Positions 1 through 12,622 of a DNA stretch of 64,000 nt are shown here, piece by piece. Source of the stretch: Octopus vulgaris. Taxonomy: Eukaryota. Made by a program: the position numbers and the translations under genes. The stretch lies in assembly GCA_951406725.2 (NCBI GenBank), contig OX597814.1, forward strand, positions 164,424,001 to 164,488,000, read 5' to 3'. The notes beneath the pieces are model-generated. The model worked only from the letters and a program-made list of their open reading frames with translations. It was not told the origin of the DNA and did not search any database. The number at the start of each line of letters is the position of its first letter. The first letter of the stretch is position 1.

Positions 1-319
1 TCATTCATTACTATCATCCACCATTACCATTTAATTTATGGTTGAGTTAACAGATGATTAGTCCTGATCAACTAGGTATATGGTCAAAAACATTTTACCA
101 TGATCATTTTTTACTCATGCTTAATGAATAATGAACTACATTATCCAATCTTTTCTTCCTTTTTCTAAAAGTAAGATATAATTTTAGAAAGTTTGGGCTC
201 TTAATTTTAACTGGTTGAGTCACCATTTAGAAGTTTCCTTACTGGTTTGTATATTTATGATTTTGGAGTAGAACATTATGGCTCTCATACTTTATAAGAA
301 ATATTTTCTATAAATATTT

Positions 320-652
320 CATTTTTGGATTTGGTTTGCAAGATTCTTTATATGAGTTCGTGTGTTGAAGCATGTTCTGTTATGTCTGAGGAGAGTCATT
401 TTCTTTTTGTGCCTTATAATGTAACACACTCACCAGTATAATTTCCACTTATTTCTTATTTCTATTTTCCTTAACTTTTCGTTGCGTCTTGCAACCTTTT
501 CAATAGTTTTGACTCTCAAAACTATTGAAAAGGTTGCAAGACACAACGAAAAGTTTAGGAAAATAAAAATAAGAAATAAATGGAAATTATACTGGTGAGT
601 GTGTTACATTATAAGGCACAAAAAGAAAATGACTCTCACCAGACATAACAAA
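320..652. mobile_element. Fold-back insertion (Penelope-like terminus) with degenerate hammerhead-like motif in both arms
   Basis: Arms ~376-512 and 516-651 are inverted around a 3-nt centre (ctc). Motif ctaTTGAAAAG-GTTGC aagac GCAAC-GAAA. Same family as 23982-24300. Confidence 0.7.
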
Positions 653-3047
653 ATTTTCTATAAAGTTTCCTTATATTTCTTGCTTTGCTGGATATTTATT
701 AATAGAGTGGTTCTCTTCTACATGTGCTCTTTAGAAATGGCAGTTATGGAAAAAATATGGTGACTGTTATCAGTTATTGAGATAGAGAAATTGTCACATC
801 CTCTTTTTGACAAACTCCATGTTTTGACAAAGTTAGGTGTTTCTTTCTTTCTTATTTCTCATGGTAAACATGTGGCTGAGAAAACTGCTCTTTGCGCTGT
901 CTTCATAATATAACTTTTATTCTTCTTTGAGCTACCTGCTACCCACTACTCACTTGTAATGTTACTGTAGCTTTATATACAATTGTTTTACTTGAGCATC
1001 TGCCATTAATCAAATATTACTTTTTGTGACAAATTGACAGTGCCATTAGAGCTTTAGGCAGGATGCTTTGTGGTATTTGTTTCAGCTCTCCTCACTTTGA
1101 GTTCAAATAACACCCAAGGTCAACTTTGCCTTTAATCCTTTCAGAATCAATAAAAATGTGCTGATCTAAGTAGTGGTTTATGAAACTAAAAATGTCAGAC
1201 TGGATGCTTTACATTTTATGTTCAAATCTTACCTTAGCCTCCTTGACTGGTTGACTTAACCATTTTCTCTCCATCTTTTGTGGAGTTCACTATGTTGCAG
1301 GCATTTGGGTTAAGTTTCCAATTTGAGAGTACCTTCCTCTTTCCCACCAGTCTTGGAGTTCTTGTAATGAATCAAAGACACCACTTACTTCCTGACTAAA
1401 CATTAAAAAGTCTTGAAATCACATACAGGCTTGATGTAGTTGTTTGATACAAAAACCAATGTCACATACTATTGTAGAGTTCAGCTTCCTAATGGAAGTC
1501 AACAATTCATTCACACTTACCTGTATCAGTTTTATATAACCTGTCATTAACACCTATCCTGTGTTATCTTTCCTTGGCATGTGTGAATCCTGACAAATTT
1601 ACCAAGCCTATATCATCATTATCCATTCTGTGCCATCCCTGCTGAGCATGTATCTACCTTACCATATCAGTCATCTTTGATGCATAGAGCTAACCAACTT
1701 AAGACAGTCATTATAAAAGTTTTCTTGCACTCAATTTTACCTAAGTTCTTTTCCTACTTGCAACAGATCTTTCATATGCTTCATTCCATGATATTTCTCA
1801 TGTAACTCTCTTGGGCAATAATCCCATGCAGATCATTCAATTAACCTCAAATTTTAGACTCAGTGTCATTAAAAATTCTGCATCTCCTTTTAACAAAATT
1901 TAACTTTATTCCTTCCATGATCTTCATTCTAATATTTTCCCTGATCCTTCTGACTGTGTATATTTTACTTGATTCTCTCTGTATTCAGTAACTTCTTGTG
2001 TTATTAAGACCAAGTATAAACATTTTATTCAGATAATTTCCCCCAAAATGATAGCTTACAATTTAAACATTCTTTGTTGCTGTAATTCATTGGTGAGCTA
2101 TTCAGTCTTCACTTCTTTTTCAATTTAATGAATCTGATATTGAGTTTTTTACTTACTTTTCATTGTTTCCAAAACTGCTTTGAATATTTTATATTAAATC
2201 ATTCAGTCACTTTTTTTCCACTAACATAGTCGCAAATTTGATTTGAAGGTTTGCTGAAAAATGCCCCTTTTCAATGGCCAAAAATCCTCTACAAGCTTCT
2301 CTAGTTTTGTCTTTTTCCATATAAGCATCTTGCACTTCTGTTTTGAATTTGACTTTCATTAGAATCGTCTGCCAGATTCCACATCACCCTGATTTTGATT
2401 AAATGATGTTTTTCTGTCATCATTACTTGCAATCAAGCCTTACCTACCCATGATCCATAACGAAAGGTACTTCATTTTTAAGGGTTAATTTTTCCAAACA
2501 CAGTCATCTACCAAACTCATTTTGCTGATCTGATTATCAGTGTCATAAAAAGGGTTCATGATTAATCTTGGAGATATGAATTACTCAATTTACCATGGTT
2601 GTTTTTGACTGAGGAATCATAAATAATCATACTGCTGGCCACAGTGATGATTTACTAAAATCTCAGTCGATCCCTGACAAATTATCAATTATTAGATTTC
2701 TAGATTCAGATATCTTTGTTTGTAATTCTTGAAAAATTGACCCCCACCTCCTCATAGTTTAGGATGTTAGAGATGTGCTTGGGGCAAGATGTAGATGCTG
2801 TTTTCAAAGGCTAAATGAAAGTGTGTTCTCACATAAGCTAACATTATCTTAGAGACTACTGATCTGAAAATAAACCAGAGTTTATTTTAGGGAAGAATAT
2901 TTGATTTGGAAATGAAAATTTTCAGGAGTAAACCACTTGTAGCACTCAAACTAACCTAACACCTTAATGTTTATTTCTATTCATTCTATTCCAAAGCTAG
3001 TAAGAGCTAGTAAGACGACTAGTATACTACTAATACTAGAGTACTAA

Positions 3048-3356
3048 GGCGTAATTGCCCAGTGGTTAGGGCAGTGGACTTGCGGTCGGAGGATCGCGGT
3101 TTCGATTCCCAGACCGGGCATTGTGTGTGTTTATTGAGCAAAAACACCTAAAGCTTCACGAGGCTCTGGCAGGGGGTGGTGGTGACCCCTGTTGTACTCT
3201 TTTGCCCCAACTTTATCTCACTCTTTCTTCCTGTTTTTTGAGTAATGCTGTGATGGATTGGTGTCCCATCCAGCTGGCGGAGAACACATATATCACAGAA
3301 ACTGGGAAACCAGGCCCATGAGCCTGGCTAGGCTTGAAAAGGGTGCATAAATAAAA
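3048..3356 (+). mobile_element. tRNA-derived SINE with ~13-bp TSD
   Basis: A box (tgcccagtggttagg) and B box (gtttcgattccc); flanked by actagagtactaa / actagagaactaa. Confidence 0.85.
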
Positions 3357-4023
3357 ACTAGAGAACTAAAGTACTTTGTGAGATCATGATGAATTAAGAC
3401 TGTGACTTTTCTTTTGTTATCAGTTGTTGCAATTTGCTTTCCCTTACATCACTCATGTGCTGTAGTCTTGAATAAAGTATGAACAGCATAACTCCTACTG
3501 TTTTATCTATCTGAAACTGATAGGTCTACTTGCCTATGAGTGCTCAGATAAATAGCTCATGTTAAAAACAGTTGACTATTACATGTGTATAGAGTAAATA
3601 AAATATTAATTGATTGATGACAACCAGTCTGTTTTTTTTTTCTTTTCCTCATAAGGGAAGTCAGCACCCATGACTTTTCACAAGGCCTATGATGTAGGGA
3701 AAGAGAAAGCTATCTTCAAATTTAGGACCCTATCTGAGTGCTTGCAACAAAGTGGATTCTACTAAACCCACCCAAGGTTTTAGAATAGGGACACTGTATT
3801 AGTGTATGTTAAAAGGGGTAATTAAAAGATGTGGCAACAGGCAGAGTATCTGGTTGCAACAGGATTGCCTCAGAAAATTCATTCAGGCCATGCTAGCATG
3901 GAAAAGCAGACATAGAATAATGATGGTGATATTGATGATGATGGTGATAATGATGGTGATGATTATGAATTTGTCACTCAAAATGTAAATAGCCATTATT
4001 GCAAAAAGCAACTTTGTTATTCT

Positions 4024-4540
4024 TTAACTCTTTTGTTATGGTATTTCTGCTAAAATGTGGAGGCGCAATGGCCCAGTGGTTAGGGCAGCGGACTCGCGGT
4101 TTTGATTCCCAGACCGGGCGTTGTGAGTGTTTATTGAGTGAAAACACTTAAAAGCTCCACGAGGTTATGGCAGGTGGTAGTGGCAATCCCTGCTGCACTC
4201 TTTCACCACAACTTTTTCTCACTCTTTCTTCTGTTGGCCTGCTTGCTTAGCCAGTGGAGTGGCGTCATTTGAAGGCTAAAACAATGCAAAGCGCATTGTG
4301 ACCAGCGATGTGTACCAACATCTGATAGCCTGGTTGGTCACGGTGATCACGGTGATTTCTGTTAAAATACACTACCTTCATTCAAAAAAATTTTGAAAAT
4401 AATAAAGAATTTAATAAAATAACTTTATTACTATTAAGTTAGCTTTTGGAATACAAGCATGAAATTTAGACGGAATAAAGCATGAAGTTTGTATCATAGA
4501 ACAGGAGTAGTCTCAGGACAATTGGTATCAACAGGGTTAA
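4024..4540. mobile_element. Diverged piggyBac-type MITE hosting a SINE
   Basis: Ends ttaactcttttgtta ... tatcaacagggttaa; internal similarity to 5421-5649. Confidence 0.6.
4057..4354 (+). mobile_element. tRNA-derived SINE (same head, different tail) with ~14-bp TSD, nested in a TTAA MITE
   Basis: ggcgcaatggcccagtggttagggcagcggact head; TSD atttctgctaaaat (4043-4056) / atttctgttaaaat (4355-4368). Confidence 0.85.
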
Positions 4541-4811
4541 TATGCACTTTGAAAATAATAACAAAAACAATTTATAGAATAAAAAAATTATTTATTTATT
4601 TATATTTTAGTAATGATAGGTACCAATGTCAACATCTTGTTGCAATCATCTCAATTTTTGGGATCATTATTGAAAGATTGTTATTACTGTTAGAATTTTT
4701 TTATATCATTATAGCAGGGCTTTTTTTGTTGTTACTGCCAATATTTCTATCTCTGCTGGTAATTTTGGATCACTTTCAAAATGTTTTGTGTTTCTATTGT
4801 TACTTTTGGGT

Positions 4812-5125
4812 ATTACTGTCAACATTTTTAGTACTTATGCCGACATTTTTAGTACTAATGCCAACAATTTTTAGTACTTATGTCAACATTTCTAGTACTA
4901 GTGTCAACATCTTTAGTACTTATGTCAACATTTCTAGTACTAGTGTCAACATCTTTAGTACTTATGTCAACATTTCTAGTACTAGTGTCAACCTCTTTAG
5001 TACTTATGTCAACATTTCTAGTACTAGTGTCAACATCTTTAGTACTTATGTCAACATTTCTAGTACTAGTGTCAACATTTTTAGTACTTATGTCAACATT
5101 TTTGGTAGTAGTGTCAGTATTTGAG
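4812..5125. repeat. Minisatellite, 21-bp unit arranged as 42-bp dimers
   Basis: Alternating tttagtacttatgtcaacatt / tctagtactagtgtcaacatc; produces the periodic spurious ORFs at 4489 and 4880. Confidence 0.95.
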
Positions 5126-5420
5126 GTACCAATATCGATGCTTTTGGTTCTGGTGTCAAAGAAAGCAAAAGAAATGGAAAATGGAAGGAAAAATATTTGA
5201 GAATAGTAAAAGGTAAAAAAAACTGCTATACAAAGTTTTATAAAAAATGGTTTGTTTAATCTTTTTTGGTATTTGCTTTAATTTTTTTGAGTATATTTTT
5301 TCAATGAAATCATTGTGACCACACACATACTGATGCATACATACACTCACTCATGCATACATATAAACACATGCACATTCACACACATTACATTAATACA
5401 TGTTAGGGACAGAGGCAGTA

Positions 5421-5649
5421 TTAACCCTTTCGTTACTGTATTTATTTTGAGATGCTCTGTGTTTCTTTCAATTATTTTAAATATAACAAAGAATTTAGTA
5501 AAATAATGTAATTATCATTAAGCGAGTGTTAGGAACATAAATTGCAACTAAGGTTTGGTGGTATATTTTAATGAAAAACTTATGAAAACAAGACATTTCT
5601 ACTACAGAGCCAGAGCTGGTTTTGGCCGGGTTGGTAACAAAAGGGTTAA
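5421..5649. mobile_element. piggyBac-type MITE (TTAA TSD, CCC termini)
   Basis: TTAA-CCCTTTCGTTAC ... GTAACAAAAGGG-TTAA. Confidence 0.9.
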
Positions 5650-6393
5650 TATCAAGAGGTAATATTTGTCCCCACTTAAGCATGGATCTTCTGTTAGAAC
5701 AAACTATACTATAGTAGATACCATGAGAGAAACTTTCATATTGGCTTTTGGTGCAAAATGCATTCTTGTTTATATCACTAGCAGTAGAGCATCCACCACT
5801 GACAAGACCAAGGAAGGTTGAAATCATGTAATCTAGTGGTCTCAGCACTGGTAGTGGCTGGGATTTAGCTCTCCAACAAGAGTGCATTTTGTGCCAAAAT
5901 GCTGATATGAGAGTTTCTCTCATGGTATCTGACACATTATGTATTAATAGATATATGCATGCCTGTATATTTAAATATAAGCACATGCATTCATATATGC
6001 ATATATTTTTACACATAAACATATAATTGTAACCTTTCACATGCATGTATGCTTATCTACACACTCCCATATTTTCATGCTCATACACTTTGTCACTATA
6101 CCCATATATGTATATACACACACAAACAGTCATTCATAAACAGATAGTTATCCTCCTTTGCAATAATTTCCTATTGCTGTCATCATTTACTTCATCTGAA
6201 TACATTTAAATTATTCCATTAATGACAATATCTTTGGTTTTTAAACAGATTATTTTCTCAATTTCGATTTTTTTACAAACCAAATCCAGAAAAAAAAAAT
6301 ATATAATTTGCATTTTTATTTCATTTTACATGATTGTTTTTTTTTTTATTTTACCTAAAAAGAAATGAAAAATATATTTAAAAAGTATTATTT

Positions 6394-6789
6394 TTAAAAA
6401 TTATTGTTCGGATCAAATAATGGGTTGGGAGATTTGTCACGTTTACTGAACTGGACTCCAAATGCTGTGATAAAAATATTTGCAACAGTAATGAAAAGAA
6501 TAAACCCAATTATGATATTGTTGAGTATGTTGGCCCGCCTGACATGTCTCTCTGTGTGGTCTTTTAAAGATCCAAGAATCAGCAGCAATATTCCAGTGAT
6601 TACTTGAAGACTGATGGAAATAATGACAATAGCAACAAGGGCATGGTAATAGTCGTGATCTTCTCCAACATCTAAAATTGCCTTTAGTTGAGATGCATTT
6701 GACATAAGAAGGGCGACATCAAGCAGTCCCTGAGCCATCGTCTTCTTTGTAGCATATCGGTAGTAGTTAAATGATATTGGTGCACTCTC
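6394..6789 (-). CDS. Ninjurin-family protein, terminal coding exon (paralog A)
   Basis: Translation ESAPISFNYYRYATKKTMAQGLLDVALLMSNASQLKAIL...ISISLQVITGILLLILG...LNNIIIGFILFITVANIFITAFG matches the ninjurin signature (human NINJ1 YASKKSAAESMLDIALLMANASQLK...NIFITAFG) with two hydrophobic segments. Acceptor ctattttgcag|GAG at 6790/6789, phase 0. The upstream part of the listed ORF is a (TG)n microsatellite in the intron. Confidence 0.92.
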   Translation of the reverse strand, partial: ESAPISFNYYRYATKKTMAQGLLDVALLMSNASQLKAILDVGEDHDYYHALVAIVIISISLQVITGILLLILGSLKDHTERHVRRANILNNIIIGFILFITVANIFITAFGVQFSKRDKSPNPLFDPNNNF

Positions 6790-6867
6790 CTGCAAAATAG
6801 AAGCATGACATGATTTTTTAATGCAGTTAACTTTTGAATTAAATGAGAAAGTATTCATAAAATTACA

Positions 6868-6917
<50 letters not shown>

Positions 6918-7006
6918 TAAACATTTATTCAAACATTGCAATGCTGTTAGACCAATATTTATTGAAGGACCCATTCATGTACCTGTACATATATATATAT
7001 ATATGT

Positions 7007-7041
<35 letters not shown>

Positions 7042-7477
7042 GCAATAAGAAAATGGAGTGGATCAATAGGTGGTTCATCAACTTTTAGGCATTATGCCAA
7101 CTTATTTATTTATTTACTAAAATGACAATTACAAGAATATACATACATGTATAACATATTATACTTTACATATAAAATATATTAATATATAAAGATAGCA
7201 CTAATTATTAAAATATAACATACAGGAATATAAACTGGGAAAATAGAAGAGCCATTTTAGCTATTTTAAAAAACACAAAAACTTGAATTCACTTTTCATT
7301 TATTTTTTAAGGTGCCAAAACTTTCAATGTATAGCTGCATCCTCATCATTGGCACAGTTCAGTATCTGCGTTGTAGGCTTATGTCAACTCCAGCTATCAA
7401 ATGAAACCATAGTGAAGATTGTCTTGCTGCCTTCTTATAATAACCAGAAAGTCCAATCAGTTCTCTTCTGTCTGTTG

Positions 7478-7920
7478 GTTATGGAGAGAAGACAGGAGAG
7501 GTATGCAGTAATATATATCTGGAAGATCCTGGAAGGAATTGTGCCAAATTTTGGCATTGAAAGCTACACCAATACCAGAACGGGACGACACTGCATAGTG
7601 CCAAAGATCCCAGCAATGCCATCATACTTCAGGACCAGTTACTGCAGCAGCCTGGGTTTCAAGGGCCCACAGCTTTTTAATATTCTCCCAAAGAGTCTGA
7701 GGAACTTGCACAAAGTAGATGTTGGGGTTTTTAAATCAAAGCTGGACCTCTTCCTGTCGAGAGTCCCAGATGAACCTACCTCACGGCAAGAGGTGCAAAT
7801 GAGGGTAGCTATATCAAACTCTATTCTTCACCAAGTGCCACATATTAGTGGAGGCTCTTAGTAATAACAGTGTAGCAAAATGGTGGTGCATCAGCATGGC
7901 CGCAGCTCTGAGCTGAATCT
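7478..7920 (+). mobile_element. CR1-group LINE 3' fragment (ORF2 C-terminus plus tail)
   Basis: MERRQERYAVIYIWKILEG...GPQLFNILPKSLRN...FKSKLDLFLSRVPDEP is typical of CR1-like ORF2 ends; 5' truncated. Confidence 0.8.
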
Positions 7921-8411
7921 TGAGAGAAAAAAATGTGTATTGAAGAGACAAAAATGACTGAAATTAAACACTTTCCACTTTGATCAGGCCCTCATTGATA
8001 TTTTTTGTCATCAATTTCCATTTGGAAAGGAAGGTGAGGGTGGAGTGAGAGGTGCTCTTCTCCAATAAATTTGTTAAAAGGTAACTATGATGAGAATGGC
8101 AAGAGTGGCTGAGTCTTCTATTTTCAGAGTACTATCATTAGTGGTCAGGGTGATCCTGGACCTGTGAGATTACTTGGCTGCCCCTATTCTCTATCAGGAG
8201 GAGCATCTCACCATTGCTTATTTAGATACTGTATACTTTTTATCTCATTCAATTAGTTCTTTTTCTTATTTGGTTCTTATGTAAACCCCAACACTTAATG
8301 TAATGTTTTTAAAATGTTCTCCTCTTTGATGCAGTTGTGACAAATAAAATAAGTTATTATTATTATTATTATTATCATTATTATTATTGTTGTTGTTGTT
8401 GTTATTATCAT

Positions 8412-9082
8412 AAGGCAGAATCATTAGTATGTCAGGTAAAATGATTTGCAGTATTTCGTCTGTCTTTACGTTCTGAGTTCAAATTCTGCTGAGGTTGACT
8501 GGGGTCAATGTAATCAACTAGTCCCCTCCCCTCAAATTTCACACCCTGTACCTTCAGTAGAAAGGAATTTATTATTATTATTATCATCATCATCATTATT
8601 ATTATTATTGTTATTATCATCATCATTATTATTATTATTATAAGGTGGCGAGCTGGCAGAATCATCAGCATGCCAGGCGAAATGCTTAGTGGTACATCAC
8701 GTGTTTCTACATTCTGAGTTAAAATTCTGCCAAGGTCAACTTTGCCTTTCATCCTTTCAGGATCGATAAATCAAGTACATGTGAAACACTGGGGTCGATG
8801 TAATCAACTAGTCTCCTCCCGCAAAATTTCAGGCCTATAGTAGAAAAGATTATTATTATTATTATTAAGGCGGGGAGCTGGCAGAATCATTAGCACACCA
8901 TGCAAAATACTTAGCAGCATTCCATCTGTCTTTGCATTCTGAGTTCAAATTCTGCCAAGGTCGATTTACCTTTCATGTTTTCAGGGTCAATAAATTAAGT
9001 ACCAGTCAAGTACCTTGGGTTGATGTGATTGACTACCCACCTCCCTACAGATTCCAGACCTTGTGCCTATAGTAAAAAGGAT
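8412..9082 (+). mobile_element. Three tandem copies of the abundant tRNA-SINE (family A) separated by (ATT)n
   Basis: Repeated aggcggcgagctggcagaatc...ttctgagttcaaattc...gcctttcatcctttc.gggtcgataaa motif. Confidence 0.85.
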
Positions 9083-9769
9083 CACCACCACCACCACCAC
9101 CACCACCATCATCACCATGTTTTTCTGCGTGCACTGCAGCAGTCTAACACTTCCTCTGTATGCTATGTACTATTGAAATTTGTAGATTTGAAATATCTAG
9201 ATCATGAAACCATAGCAACCAAATATAATTGGCCTGCAAGCTATGCAAGTATCCATCAGATAAAAACTATTTTTTTTCAGCTTTATCATCAATAATGGCA
9301 TATAAAAATCAAAGATGTCAATCAATTCTAAGGAGAAAGTTTATGGAAATTCCATCAAATTAAAAGGAATTCCCTTTTGGATTTATTATTAGCAATCAAT
9401 ATATATTAGGTTTAGAAATACAAAGAAGAAACAATTTGCTGTTCATTTTTTGTCATTTTTTTTTTCAACATGTTTTGTTCTGTTGCACAAAATATAACTG
9501 ACTGATGTAGTTCATGTTTTTTAAAAAACTTTAATTAAATTCTTAAAATTTCAGATAAATTTGGTCAATAATTAGGACATAAAGGAAAGTATAAGGAAAT
9601 TAATGATATTCAGTTTTGTGATTTTTGCTGATGACAGCTTGAGAGAAAGATAATGCTAACATTTTGTTGGTTGCATAGCAACAAGAAAGATCAACTAATT
9701 ACTTTAATATAATCATTTACCATTGTTTACCATTCTTCATTTATTCACCATCTACATAGCTACAGATGA

Positions 9770-10490
9770 AGGTGCATGGCTTAGTGGTCAGTATATTTGG
9801 TTCACAATCATTATATTGTGAGTTCGATTCCCAGTGACGCATTGTGTCCTTGAGCAAGACACTTTATTTCACACTAGCAGTATCGCCTGGCATTGCTCGG
9901 GTTTGTAAGGGAAATAACTATATAAGCATTTTTAGAGAGTTATAGCAAAAAAATAGCAAAAAAATGCATTAAAAATGGAAAAAAAATTATGGTAAATTTT
10001 TTTTTAAATCGTTGACTCATCGTAGACATTTTTAGAGAGTTACTTCCCTTATATAATAGCGAAAAAAATGCATTAAAATGGAAAAAAATTATGGTAAATT
10101 TTTTTTTAAATCGTAGACTCATCATAGACGCGCGCTAATACCCAGAAGGGCTCGATATGAATCACGACTATAAGATACCCAGTTTTGGTTAAACTGCACC
10201 GCAAAATGTGGGAGTAGTTAGGAATCTAAATCGTAGGAGACAGACACACAACTTGACTTTTATATATAAAGATTTCTCCATTTTTACTCAGCTTGCAAAA
10301 GTGAGTAGCACCTGTAATTCAAAGAGACAGCTTTGTCACACTCTGTGTCATGCTGAATCTTCCTGAGAACTATGTTAAGGGTACGTGTGTCTGTGGAATG
10401 CTCAGCCACTTGCATGTTAATTTCATGAGCAGGCTGTTCTGTTGATTGGACCAACTGGAACCCTCATCATCATAAGCAATGGAGTGCCAG
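9770..10490 (+). mobile_element. tRNA-derived SINE split by the Helitron
   Basis: Head ggtgcatggcttagtggt...gagttcgattccc, then tgtgtccttgagcaagacacttta; sequence resumes after 10272. Confidence 0.7.
9874..10272 (-). mobile_element. Non-autonomous Helitron inserted in a SINE
   Basis: Minus strand begins TCTTTATATATAAA and ends with a subterminal hairpin (ccgagcaatgccagg) and CTAG. It sits between A and T with no TSD and has an internal ~100-bp tandem duplication (9928-10128). Confidence 0.85.
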
Positions 10491-10734
10491 TTTATGGAGC
10501 TATAGACACTTTCATGTTAATTCTATTAGGAATCTACTCTAGCATTGTAGCTGAGAAATTTGATTCACAACCATGTGATTCAGGATTTGATTCTACTGTA
10601 TAGCACCATAGGGGAGAGTGTCTTCTCTCATAGCCTTTGGTAAATCTCTGCCTTGTTAATGAAATTAGGTAAATTCAAGTAAATCATATGGATTATACTT
10701 GTTCTTGGATGGTAAATTTAAAGCATTACCTGGT

Positions 10735-10953
10735 TTAACCCTTTCGTTACTGTATTTCTTTTGAGATACTCTGTGTTTCTTTCAATTACTTTAAATATAA
10801 TAAAGAATTTAGTAAAATAACTTAGTTATCATTAAGCTAGTGTTAGGAACATAAAAAATTGTGACTAAAGTTTGGTGGAAGATTTTAATTCAGAATTTTT
10901 GGAAAGACATTTGTACTACAGAGCCAGAGCCAGTTTGGTAATGAAAGGGTTAA
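10735..10953. mobile_element. piggyBac-type MITE, second copy
   Basis: TTAA-CCCTTTCGTTAC ... GTAATGAAAGGG-TTAA; body closely similar to 5421-5649. Confidence 0.9.
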
Positions 10954-12406
10954 TACTTTCCATCATCTTGGCCTTTGCAGAATCCACTCATTTGCAGGAA
11001 TTTAGACCATGACTCTGGTCTGAGAGAAATCAATATTTTAACGCATTGATTCCCACTGCAGCAATCTACAAGTGGGGGTTTCTTTCTCCTCTTCCTCACA
11101 CCCCACCAGTAATGGAAATTCTGCAGAAAAGTCATGACTGCTGCCTTTTCTCCACATTCTAAGCAATAAGAATATTCTGTTCTACTATCTTGAATATTTT
11201 ACTTGCCATGTTTTGAATGAATCCCTAATGAGAAGCCACATTTATTTTTATTCTAATTTACTTCATTCTATTCTAGTTTGAGTTATTTTCTAATTAGGGA
11301 TCCAAAGTCACAATCCCTTTTCTTCTTTCTTCATTGATCCTTAAAAGCTTAGTCTAAATTAGTTCATCTTTTGAAGCAAGAACCATTCTAAAATCCTTGT
11401 GAACTCTCCTTGTGCACTTAAATACCCTGTTTAGATGAACTAAAACTGCACTGTACAGGTTTCCATGTATCTATGTAACAAACACACACACACGTGCCCA
11501 AAAACAAACTGTCATGTTGTTAATGATATTAAATACAAACACACATACATATAAAGATTAAGTACTCTAGCGAATGCAATCATGAAATTTCAAATGTTGT
11601 GCAGAGAACACTCAGTGAATTATCATGTGATAAAGAAATTCAAAACTGGACATTGATAAACTACATTTATCATGTTACTGGAAGCTCATCTATCACATGA
11701 CAAATGCATAGATATTTTAATCTATATTTTGCGACATTTTGCTTGGAAGAAAACATCAATAACAATAATGTTGACTTTTGTTGTTGTTGTTGCTGCTGCT
11801 GTTTATCCTGAGGCTAACCTCAGTAGATGAGGTTTAATATCAAAGGCATTCAAGCTTTCATCATCTAGTCATTTTTCATTTGTGGAGGGAACTCAGCACC
11901 TCATTGCCCAATGTAACCCAATGTATATTTTTTACTAAGACAGTAAGGGTAATTTGAGGGAATTTGGTTGTTATTTTTAGAAGGCCAAATGACCAAGCAG
12001 AGAGGGTGTGAGTGACCTGCTTCAAGAAGCTGGCTGCATGAAATATGCCTCATTACCAGGCAGGTCACACAACTTAAAAAAATTGAAGGTAAATTTTCAT
12101 TAGGCAAGCCATTCAGAATGTTGCAGTTCATTCAAGACTGACATAGAAGCTTCTTTATTGGTCTTTTAATTTATAACAAAATGTCAGTAGATAGACAGGA
12201 AGTTGTTAACATTGTTCTTCCTGTATGTCTGTTGGCTGGGAGCAGGACAGCATCAACTATTATACAGTGACTGGTGAGGGAAGGCATCATTTTAATTAGG
12301 CAAATTCTTATGAGTGAAATAAAAGGTCACAATCTATTGTGTAGTAATAGAGCTCTCAGTAGTTGTTTAATCCCAGTTCAAACATAACAGAGAAGACTGT
12401 ATGTAC

Positions 12407-12443
<37 letters not shown>

Positions 12444-12477
12444 CTGAATGATTACTCAATACATTATCTAGAGTACA

Positions 12478-12622
12478 TATTTATTATGCTTTTACAAAAA
12501 AGTTGTGACAATGACTTCTAGAGTTTGACCTGATAGCCTTTATTGGACTGTCCAATGAAGGCTACCAGGCTGAAAATTCGAAGTCCATGTTGCCACTCTT
12601 CTTGTAAAAGTATAATATATAT
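12478..12622. repeat. Old diverged fold-back repeat near (TA)n
   Basis: Centre tattggac-t-gtccaatg; outer arms ttatgcttttacaa / ttgtaaaagtataa. Degenerate AATGAAGGCT..GCTGAAAATTC motif. Confidence 0.6.

Noticed and set aside
1400-2760. Possible very old LINE remnant on the minus strand
   Set aside because: Only vague motif echoes (VDDC, RLSW); cannot be supported without a search.
3048-3120. tRNA gene
   Set aside because: A and B boxes are present, but the sequence continues into a SINE body with a TSD and no clean cloverleaf.
4489-5200. 211-aa and 106-aa ORFs with periodic sequence
   Set aside because: They are readings of the 42-bp minisatellite and T-rich DNA, with no domain or splice context.
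6790-6924. N-terminal MFNLCVCVCV extension of ninjurin A
   Set aside because: It is a (TG)n tract upstream of a clear splice acceptor, so intronic.
9670-9682. RFX X-box-like palindrome gttgcatagcaac
   Set aside because: A single short motif with no promoter context, possibly within an old repeat.
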